Assembly: GCF_000244955.1 (NCBI RefSeq)
Contig: NZ_CM001439.1
Location: 4,497,234 to 4,521,233 of the forward strand
DNA from: Saccharomonospora marina XMU15
GTDB taxonomy: Bacteria > Actinomycetota > Actinomycetes > Mycobacteriales > Pseudonocardiaceae
Direction of reading: 5' to 3'
DNA length: 24,000 bases
A model generated the notes under the pieces. That model saw only the letters and a list, made by a program, of their open reading frames with translations. It had not been told where the DNA came from and ran no database searches. Positions 1 to 8,065 of this stretch are shown piece by piece (the stretch's first letter is position 1; each line of letters opens with the position of its first letter). A program made the translations under genes and the position numbers.

Positions 1-1252
1 GGATGTCGACGTCGGTGCCGTTGGTCACCGGGTCGCAGTCGGTGGGCTCCGGCGGAGTGGTGGAACCGGTGCCGGTGTGGAGCAGCACATTGGGCGAACC
101 ACTGCCGGGGCTGCCGACCACGCCGGTGGTGCCGTTGTTCACCAGCGCGTCGCGGACCTGCCGCGGGCTCGCCGAGGGGTTGTCGGCCAGGTACAGCGCC
201 GCCGCACCGGCCACGTGCGGCGTCGCCATGGACGTGCCGCTGATCGTGTTGGTCGCGGTGTTGCTGCCGATCCAGGTGGAGGTGATGCTGCTGCCCGGCG
301 CGAAGATGTCGAGGCAGCTTCCGATGTTGGAGAAGCTCGACCTGGCATCGGAACTGGTGGTCGATCCCACGGTGATCGCCTCGGCGGTACGTGCGGGCGA
401 GGTGTTGCACGCATCGGCGCCGTAGTCGTTGCCCGCGGCGAGCGCGTAGGTGACGCCTGCGTTGATCGAGCGGCGCACCGCGTCGTCGACCGCCGTGGAG
501 GCACCGCCGCCGAGGCTCATGTTCGCCACCGCAGGGCCCTGAGCGTTGTTGGTCACCCAGTCGATACCCGCGATGACGCCGTCGTAGCTGCCGGAACCGT
601 TGCAGTCCAGCACCCGCACCGCGACGAGGTCGACCTCCTTGGCGACACCGTGTGCCGAGCCGCCGATGGTGCCCGCGACGTGGGTGCCGTGCCCGTTGCA
701 GTCGGTGGCGTTGGAGTCGTTGTCCACGAAATCGTAGCCGGATCGCGCGCGGCCACCGAAGTCGCTGTGTGAGGTGAGGATGCCGGTGTCGATGACGTAG
801 GCGGTCACGTTCGACGCCGTGGTCGAGTAGCTGTAGTTGTCGTCCAACGGAAGGTCACGCTGGTCGATCCGGTCGAGCCCCCACGACGGTGGGTTGGCCT
901 GGTCGGCCATGGTGTGCACGGCTCTGTTCTGCTCGACATAGGCGACGGCCGGGTCCGCGGCCGCCCGCTTCGCCTCGGCTTCGCTCATCGTGGCCGCGAA
1001 GCCCCGCAACGCACTGTGGTATTGGCGTTCCACTTCCGCGCCGTGGCGGTCGGCCACGCGATCGACCGACGAGCCGTCGTTCAGCACGACGATGTAGCTG
1101 TTGTCGATCGCACCTTCGGCGTCGGCACCAAGGATGGTTCCCTCCTGTGCTGCCGCACCGGGAATGCCGCCGACCAGGGTTATGGTGGCGACGCCGGCGA
1201 CCAGGCCGAGGCCAGCCAATGACCTGTGCCTGAACTTCCTATTGGTTCGCAA
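1..1252 (-). CDS. Secreted subtilisin-like serine protease (peptidase S8, proteinase-K-like) with signal peptide and I9-type propeptide; C-terminus runs off the window start
   Basis: Absent from the ORF track because it has no in-window stop. My minus-strand translation from TTG 1252-1250 (AGGAGG with 5-nt spacer) gives [36 protein letters not shown], then a propeptide-like YIVVLNDG...AVAYVEQN. The S8 triad motifs follow: AYVIDTGI (Asp), [11 protein letters not shown] (His), [16 protein letters not shown] (Ser). The frame then continues through a [14 protein letters not shown] linker past position 1. Confidence 0.93.
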   Translation of the reverse strand, partial: MRTNRKFRHRSLAGLGLVAGVATITLVGGIPGAAAQEGTILGADAEGAIDNSYIVVLNDGSSVDRVADRHGAEVERQYHSALRGFAATMSEAEAKRAAADPAVAYVEQNRAVHTMADQANPPSWGLDRIDQRDLPLDDNYSYSTTASNVTAYVIDTGILTSHSDFGGRARSGYDFVDNDSNATDCNGHGTHVAGTIGGSAHGVAKEVDLVAVRVLDCNGSGSYDGVIAGIDWVTNNAQGPAVANMSLGGGASTAVDDAVRRSINAGVTYALAAGNDYGADACNTSPARTAEAITVGSTTSSDARSSFSNIGSCLDIFAPGSSITSTWIGSNTATNTISGTSMATPHVAGAAALYLADNPSASPRQVRDALVNNGTTGVVGSPGSGSPNVLLHTGTGSTTPPEPTDCDPVTNGTDVDI

Positions 1253-1293
1253 GGTCTCCTCCTACACACGTTCCGGTGAACGTGGCGGAGACC
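1253..1293 (-). promoter_or_regulatory. Nested inverted repeat overlapping the protease SD (candidate translational hairpin or operator)
   Basis: Plus strand reads GGTCTCC-tcctaca-CACGTTC-cggt-GAACGTG-gc-GGAGACC. There is an outer 7-bp and an inner 7-bp perfect arm pair. In the protease-sense RNA the 3' arm GGAGACC is part of AGGAGGAGACC, which directly abuts the TTG start. Confidence 0.4.
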
Positions 1294-1475
1294 GTACGGG
1301 CGCGAGACGGGTGGAAGGTAGATCTTGTGCTTTTCCGGAACTCCGGGTATCGAACGGTCATTTGGTGCCACTCACCACCCGATTGGCCCGGGACGAAAGT
1401 AGGTTCGGACCATACTTATGGTTCAGGCCAGTTGCCGCGAAACCGCCCGCCGACCGCTGGTCGGCGACGTTTCTC

Positions 1476-1481
1476 TAGGCT
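1476..1481 (+). promoter_or_regulatory. Candidate -10 hexamer (TAGGCT) 7 nt upstream of GTG 1489; leaderless-type geometry
   Basis: TANNNT match. There is no SD between it and the GTG. The upstream part of ORF 1276.. has poor GC3 (gta, gat, ctt, tat, cga, att, tca, aaa codons). Confidence 0.4.
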
Positions 1482-1488
1482 CGCTGCC

Positions 1489-2910
1489 GTGAACCCGTTG
1501 CTCCCGCGAGCACGCCCCGTCCGGCTGGTGACGACCCTGCTGAGCGAGGGCTGGCGTGACATCGACGAACTGGTACTCGGCAGCGCGCTGCCAAGGCGCA
1601 GCGTCGAGGAACTGCTGGCCGAGTTCGGCGACGACCTCGAACATCGTGGCGACTCGGTGAGGCTGCGCGAGGGCTCGGCCGCACGCGCCGCCGAACTGGC
1701 CGGCGGCCAGGCAGAGCCACCGGCCGACCTACTCGACCGGATTCGCTCCCACATCGAAGGGGTTCCCGCACCGCTGCCCGCACTCGACCACGTGCAGGCC
1801 ACGCCCGAGACCGTACTGCGCAGGGCCGGCTGGCTGGACGAGGAGTACGACCTGCGGCAGGCGCGGCTGCTCTTCCTCGGCGACCACGACCTGACGTCAC
1901 TGGCCGTTCGCGCGCTACGGCCCGATGCCCGGCTCACCGTGGTGGACGTCGACGACCGCATCCTCGAGTACATCGACGACCTCAGCGACGGCTCGATTCG
2001 CACCGTGCACACCGACCTGCGGTTCGGGCTGCCGCTGGCGGTGGCGGGCAGCGCGGACGTGGTCTTCAGCGACCCGCCCTACACGCAAGCGGGAATGGCG
2101 CTGTTCGCCGCCCGCGGAATCGAGTGCCTCGAGCGGCCGAAGGAAGGGCGGCTGCTACTGGCGTACGGCTACAGCGAGCGCCACCCCACCCTCGGCAGGC
2201 AGGTGCAGCGGGAGCTGCTTTCGCTGGGACTGACCTTCGAGGCGATCATCCCCGACTTCAACCGCTACACCGGTGCGCAGGCGGTCGGCAGCGCCGCCGA
2301 CCTGTACGTGTGCCAACCGACCGCGCGTGCAGGCGGAAAGCGCGCGAGAAAGGGCAACGCGGAACAGGCCATCTACACCCGGGGTCCGAGGTCGGTCGAG
2401 GCCGACCAGTCACCCCGGCGACTGCACGACGCACTCACGGCCATCGCCGCGGAGGGCGGCAGGAACGTCGAGCAGCGCGATCCCGACTGGACGAGGCCGC
2501 GAGCCGTACCCGAGGGCGTGGCGGTCGCCGTGGACCTCAGCGGCGACCCGGGTCCGTGGTTGCCGCGACTGCTGCTGGCCGTCAACGCCGACCGGGTGGC
2601 GGCACTGGTACCCAACAACCATCCCGACCTGACCGACGAACGGGCGCAGGCGGCGCTGGTCGAGCTGCTGCGGCCCAAGTACCGGTTGCGGCTACTGCGC
2701 AGCACCCCCGACAACAGCCACGCCGTCGTGGTCGCGGAAGCAGCACCCGCCACGGCAGCGGAGCCGGGCGTGCACGCGGTATGGACCCGCGCGCACGCCC
2801 GGCTCGGCAACGTCTGGCCACGGGCGGATGCCGACATAGCCGACCTGCGCCTGATCGACCTACCCAGGCATCGGATCGCCGAGGTACGCCGCCTGCTCGA
2901 ACCGAGTTAG
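1489..2910 (+). CDS. BpsA/DUF43-like (bis-aminopropyl spermidine synthase family) methyltransferase-fold protein with an N-terminal wHTH-like region and an uncharacterised ~195-aa C-terminal extension
   Basis: ORF track 1276..2910, with the start re-picked at GTG 1489 (VNPLLPRARPV...). The core LDHVQATPETVLRRAGWL...LLFLGDHDLTSLAV...LTVVDVDDRILEYI...VVFSDPPYT...FNRYTGAQ matches my memory of the BpsA C-terminal (DUF43) pattern FDQ..aT.eT / lGDdDLtS / DiDeR / DPPeT / Fn.Y. Residues encoded from about 2323 onward have no motif I recognise. Confidence 0.8.
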   Translation: MNPLLPRARPVRLVTTLLSEGWRDIDELVLGSALPRRSVEELLAEFGDDLEHRGDSVRLREGSAARAAELAGGQAEPPADLLDRIRSHIEGVPAPLPALDHVQATPETVLRRAGWLDEEYDLRQARLLFLGDHDLTSLAVRALRPDARLTVVDVDDRILEYIDDLSDGSIRTVHTDLRFGLPLAVAGSADVVFSDPPYTQAGMALFAARGIECLERPKEGRLLLAYGYSERHPTLGRQVQRELLSLGLTFEAIIPDFNRYTGAQAVGSAADLYVCQPTARAGGKRARKGNAEQAIYTRGPRSVEADQSPRRLHDALTAIAAEGGRNVEQRDPDWTRPRAVPEGVAVAVDLSGDPGPWLPRLLLAVNADRVAALVPNNHPDLTDERAQAALVELLRPKYRLRLLRSTPDNSHAVVVAEAAPATAAEPGVHAVWTRAHARLGNVWPRADADIADLRLIDLPRHRIAEVRRLLEPS

Positions 2911-2923
2911 CCCGCGCCGGGCG

Positions 2924-4090
2924 CTAGCCGGTCACCTCGTCGGCCTCGGCCGCCTTCGCCACGGCGGCGGCCACCTCGGCGGCGACCCTCGGGTCGAGCG
3001 GGCTCGGCACGATGTGATCGGGCGCCAGCTTGTCGGCGGCCACCGAGGCGATCGCGTCGGCGGCGGCCAGCTTCATGTTCTCGGTGATGGCCCGCGCACC
3101 CGCGTCGAGCGCGCCACGGAACACGCCGGGGAAGGCCAGCACGTTGTTGATCTGGTTGGGGAAGTCACTGCGCCCGGTCGCGACGATCGAAGCGTGCCGT
3201 GCCGCGACATCCGGATGCACCTCGGGGTCCGGATTGGACAGCGCGAACACGATGGAATCGCTCGCCATCGTGCTCAGCAGACTCTCGTCCACAGTGGAAC
3301 TGGAAAGCCCGATGAACACGTCCGCACCGCTGAGTGCCTCGGCGAGTCCGCCGCGCAGTCCGCCGGTGTTCGTGTCGGCCGCGAGCTGTTCCTTGACCGG
3401 GTTCAACCCGCTCCTGCCCTCGTGGATGATCCCCTTGGAGTCCAGCACGACGATGTCGCCCGCACCGGCTGCCCGCAGGATCCTGGCGCACGCCACACCC
3501 GCGGCACCCGCGCCGGAGATGACCACCCGCTGGTCGGCCAGCGCCTGGTCCAGCACCATGTTGGCGCCGCGAAGCGCCGCGAGCACCACGATCGCCGTGC
3601 CGTGCTGGTCGTCGTGCATCACCGGGCAGTCGAGCGCCTCCTTGAGCCGCTCCTCCAGCTCGAAGCAACGCGGCGCCGCGACGTCCTCCAGGTTCACCGC
3701 GCCGAACGAGGGACGCAGCCGGACCAGGGTCTGCACGATCTCGTCGACATCGACGGTGTCCAGCACCAGCGGGATCGAGTTCAGCCCGGCGAAGCTCTTG
3801 AACAGCACCGACTTGCCCTCCATCACGGGCAACGCCGCGCTCGGGCCGATGTCACCGAGTCCGAGTACCGCTGTGCCGTCGCTCACCACCGCGACAAGGC
3901 GCTGTGCCCAGGTGTACTGCTGCGCGAGCGCCGCGTCGTCGGCGATCGCGCGGCTGACCTTCGCTACCCCGGGTGTGTACGCGATGGACAGGTCGCGTGC
4001 CTGTGTGATGGAACGGTTGGCGGTCACGGAGAGCTTGCCGCCCTCGTGGCCGGAGAAGATCTCCTCGTCGCTCACCTGAGCTTGGGACAC
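2924..4090 (-). CDS. NAD(P)-dependent malic enzyme (short form, no PTA domain)
   Basis: ORF 2924..4123. The sequence EEIFSGHEGGKLSV...DLSIAYTPGVAKVSRAI...VVSDGTAVLGLGDIGP...PVMEGKSVLFK...FGAVNLEDVAAPRCFELE...PVMHDDQHGTAIV...ISGAGAAG is a classic malic-enzyme signature. Start preferred at GTG 4090 (GGAG plus 6-nt spacer); ATG 4123 is the alternative. Confidence 0.93.
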   Translation of the reverse strand: MSQAQVSDEEIFSGHEGGKLSVTANRSITQARDLSIAYTPGVAKVSRAIADDAALAQQYTWAQRLVAVVSDGTAVLGLGDIGPSAALPVMEGKSVLFKSFAGLNSIPLVLDTVDVDEIVQTLVRLRPSFGAVNLEDVAAPRCFELEERLKEALDCPVMHDDQHGTAIVVLAALRGANMVLDQALADQRVVISGAGAAGVACARILRAAGAGDIVVLDSKGIIHEGRSGLNPVKEQLAADTNTGGLRGGLAEALSGADVFIGLSSSTVDESLLSTMASDSIVFALSNPDPEVHPDVAARHASIVATGRSDFPNQINNVLAFPGVFRGALDAGARAITENMKLAAADAIASVAADKLAPDHIVPSPLDPRVAAEVAAAVAKAAEADEVTG

Positions 4091-4107
4091 GTCAATCTCC
4101 AGTAGCT

Positions 4108-4212
4108 GGAAAAAGAGGGACACCAGAGGCGTCCCGCACTAAAAAGGGCTCTTCCAACGCGGCGATCCAGCGCGGTAGCGCGGACTGCCGACTCGGTGTG
4201 GCATCGAAGCCC
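4108..4212 (-). promoter_or_regulatory. Putative structured 5' leader of the malic-enzyme gene: two hairpin plus U5 modules
   Basis: Minus strand reads GGGCUUC(4212-4206)...GAAG-AG-CCC(4154-4146) followed by UUUUU (4145-4141). Next comes GGGAC-N9-GUCCC (4135-4117) followed by UCUUUUUCC (4116-4108), then the SD GGAG and GTG 4090. The stems are short, so this is weak. Confidence 0.3.
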
Positions 4213-4400
4213 GTGGTGAGGCTTGGCCCATCTTGGCACCGTAGCCGCGGACGCGGCGGTTCCACCAGTGTGACAGGCCCGGTCCGGCCGGTGTCGCCGG
4301 GGTGCGCTTGACATCACAACATCGGGTGGGCTGCTCGCCGGACTTCGCCCTGGTCAGCGACCGATTAGCAAGACGACCATCCGGCTTGGGAAGCCGGCGC

Positions 4401-4406
4401 TAAGCT
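4401..4406 (+). promoter_or_regulatory. Candidate -10 hexamer (TAAGCT) 7 nt upstream of rmlC ATG; leaderless-type geometry
   Basis: TANNNT match at 4401-4406 and ATG at 4414. There is no SD in gctgcccgtc. Confidence 0.4.
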
Positions 4407-4413
4407 GCCCGTC

Positions 4414-5016
4414 ATGGACGTGCGCGAACTGGCCGTGCGAGACGCCTACGAATTCAGCCCACCCGTCTTCCCCGACCAGCGCGGCCTGTTCGTGGCCCCG
4501 TTCCAGGAGCCGGCGTTCGTCAAGGCGGTCGGGCACCCCATGCGGGTCGCGCAGACGAACCACAGCGTGTCGCGCAGGGGGACGGTGCGAGGTGTCCACT
4601 TCGCCGACACCCCGCCGGGACAGGCCAAGTACGTCTACTGCCCGAGCGGATCGCTGCTGGACGTCGTGGTGGACCTGCGCGTCGGCTCGCCGACGTTCGG
4701 CCGGTGGGACGCGGTGAGGCTCGACAGCGACGAGTTCCGCGCCGTCTACCTCGCTGAGGGGCTCGGCCACGCCTTCATGGCGCTGGAGGACGGCACCGCG
4801 ATGGCCTACCTGTGTTCCACCAGCTACAACCCGCCCGCCGAACACGGGATCACGCCACTCGACCCGGCACTCGAGCTGCCGTGGCCGCCGGACGTGGAGC
4901 CGCTCCTTTCCGAGAAGGACTCCGGCGCGCCGACGCTGCGGCAGGCCGAAGCGGCGGGCCTGCTGCCCGACTACGAGGCGTGCGTGGCCCACTACGAACG
5001 CCTGCGGGCGGGTTGA
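4414..5016 (+). CDS. rmlC: dTDP-4-dehydrorhamnose 3,5-epimerase
   Basis: 200 aa. The segments DQRGLFVAPFQ, QTNHSVSRRGTVRGVHFADTPPGQAKYVYCPSGSLLDVVVDLRVGSPTFGRWD and YLAEGLGHAFMALEDGTAMAYLCSTSYNPPAEHGI align closely along the whole length with mycobacterial RmlC as I recall it. Confidence 0.92.
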   Translation: MDVRELAVRDAYEFSPPVFPDQRGLFVAPFQEPAFVKAVGHPMRVAQTNHSVSRRGTVRGVHFADTPPGQAKYVYCPSGSLLDVVVDLRVGSPTFGRWDAVRLDSDEFRAVYLAEGLGHAFMALEDGTAMAYLCSTSYNPPAEHGITPLDPALELPWPPDVEPLLSEKDSGAPTLRQAEAAGLLPDYEACVAHYERLRAG

Positions 5017-5061
5017 GCCGACTGTCGAGTCGAGGTCCAGTCGAGCAGGGTGAGCCGATGA

Positions 5062-6822
<1,761 letters not shown>

Positions 6823-6823
6823 C

Positions 6824-6829
6824 TATATT
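6824..6829 (+). promoter_or_regulatory. Candidate -10 hexamer (TATATT) 6 nt upstream of GTG 6836; leaderless-type geometry
   Basis: This is the best -10-like hexamer in the window. There is no SD before the GTG. Confidence 0.5.
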
Positions 6830-6835
6830 CGCTGT

Positions 6836-7423
6836 GTGGATCAGCACCCGCTCTTCCTACTCCGCCACGGGCAGACCGAGTGGTCCGCCGAGGGCAGGCA
6901 TACCGGGCGCACCGACCTGCCGCTGACCGCCGTCGGCGAGCGGCAGGCGCATGCGGCGGGCAGGACCTACGCCATGATGAACGACCGCTCGCCCGTGCTC
7001 GTGCTCAGCAGCCCGCGCCGTCGAGCGCTGCGCACCGCCGAACTGGCGGGGCTGCGTGTGGACGAGGCGACCGAGGAGTTGTCCGAGTGGGACTACGGCG
7101 ACTACGAGGGGCTGACCACACCTCAGATCCGCGAGCGGGTGCCGGGTTGGACGGTGTGGTCGCACCAGACACCCGGAGGCGAGAGCGCGGGCGAGGTCGG
7201 CGCGAGGGCCGACCGGATACTCACCAGGGTGCGTGACCCCCTCACCGAGGGAGCCGTCATCCTCGTCGGGCACGGTCACCTCAGCCGGGTGCTCATCGCC
7301 CGCTGGCTCGGCCTCGAACCCGCCGCCGGAGTTCACTTCCGGTTCGATCCGGCGAGTGTCACCGTATTGGGGCACGAGCGAGGTGTGCCGCAGATCCAGC
7401 ATCTCAACGTCCCACCGTCCTGA
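6836..7423 (+). CDS. Histidine phosphatase family protein (phosphoglycerate-mutase-like; Rv3214-like)
   Basis: 195 aa. It carries LFLLRHGQTEWS (the RHG catalytic motif), EWDYGDYEGLTTPQIRE and VGHGHLSRVLIARWLGL, resembling M. tuberculosis Rv3214 as I recall it. Confidence 0.9.
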   Translation: MDQHPLFLLRHGQTEWSAEGRHTGRTDLPLTAVGERQAHAAGRTYAMMNDRSPVLVLSSPRRRALRTAELAGLRVDEATEELSEWDYGDYEGLTTPQIRERVPGWTVWSHQTPGGESAGEVGARADRILTRVRDPLTEGAVILVGHGHLSRVLIARWLGLEPAAGVHFRFDPASVTVLGHERGVPQIQHLNVPPS

Positions 7424-7443
7424 CGACAAACGCGAGGCCTTCC

Positions 7444-7944
7444 TTGACCGAACCCGACAACCGCATCAGGCGCGTCCGTGAAAGCGACGTGGAAACCGTC
7501 GTGAAACTGGTCCACGAGTTGGCCGAGTACGAGCGGGCACCGCAGGAATGCCTGCTCACCTCCGAACAACTCACCGCGGCGCTGTTCGGGGACAACCCGG
7601 CGCTGTTCGGTCACGTCGCCGAGGTCGATGGCGAGGTTGTCGGCTTCGCGCTGTGGTTTCTCAACTTCTCGACCTGGCGCGGCGTGCACGGCATCTACCT
7701 GGAGGACCTGTACGTGCGTGAGGAGTTGCGCGGGTCGGGTCTGGGCAAGGCGCTGCTCGCCGCGCTGGCCAGGGAGTGTGTCGACCGTGGCTACGCACGG
7801 CTGGAGTGGTGGGTGCTGCACTGGAACCCGGCCAGGAACTTCTACGCCTCCCTCGGCGCCGAAGCGATGGACGAGTGGATGGTTTACCGGCTCACCGACG
7901 AACCACTGCGCGCCCTCGCCGCCGGGACAGCCGCGACGGCATAG
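7444..7944 (+). CDS. GNAT family N-acetyltransferase (SSAT/diamine acetyltransferase-like; Rv3216-like position)
   Basis: 166 aa, TTG start with GAGG 6 nt upstream. It shows IRRVRESDVETVVKLVHELAEYER, VGFALWFLNFSTWRG..GIYLEDLYVREELRGSGLGKALL and NPARNFYASLGA, i.e. GNAT motifs A/B with an SSAT-like layout. Confidence 0.9.
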   Translation: MTEPDNRIRRVRESDVETVVKLVHELAEYERAPQECLLTSEQLTAALFGDNPALFGHVAEVDGEVVGFALWFLNFSTWRGVHGIYLEDLYVREELRGSGLGKALLAALARECVDRGYARLEWWVLHWNPARNFYASLGAEAMDEWMVYRLTDEPLRALAAGTAATA

Positions 7945-7956
7945 TCGGCGCAGGCA

Positions 7957-8038
7957 GGGCACGGCCCGCACCTGCCCGGTGCCGACGCGTGGTCGGCAGC
8001 GCATGCGTTCCGCATCTCGGGGCACGGCCCGCACCTGC
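7957..8038. repeat. 19-nt direct repeat GGGCACGGCCCGCACCTGC (copies at 7957-7975 and 8020-8038)
   Basis: The two copies are identical by eye and lie 63 nt apart in the convergent GNAT/acylase intergenic region. Confidence 0.8.
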
Positions 8039-8056
8039 TCGGCGCGGGCCGTGCCC
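8020..8056. terminator. Bidirectional stem-loop between convergent GNAT and acylase genes
   Basis: GGGCACGGCCCGC (8020-8032) pairs perfectly with GCGGGCCGTGCCC (8044-8056): a 13-bp stem with an 11-nt loop and no U-tract. The upstream repeat copy (7957-7969) could pair with the same 3' arm instead. Confidence 0.55.
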
Positions 8057-8065
8057 TGTCGTCGC

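Noticed and set aside
1276-1488. ORF-track N-terminal extension of the BpsA-like gene (ATG 1276)
   Set aside because: The codons in this stretch have poor GC3 (gta, gat, ctt, tat, cga, att, tca, aaa, act) and the peptide has no homology-like features. GTG 1489, preceded by a TANNNT box, is more plausible.
3014-4105. Two very long plus-strand ORFs (363 and 349 aa) antisense to the malic-enzyme gene
   Set aside because: These are typical high-GC antisense open frames. They are Arg/Gly/Ala/Pro/Ser-rich low-complexity translations with no family motifs. The minus frame carries unambiguous malic-enzyme signatures and the expected GC3 bias.
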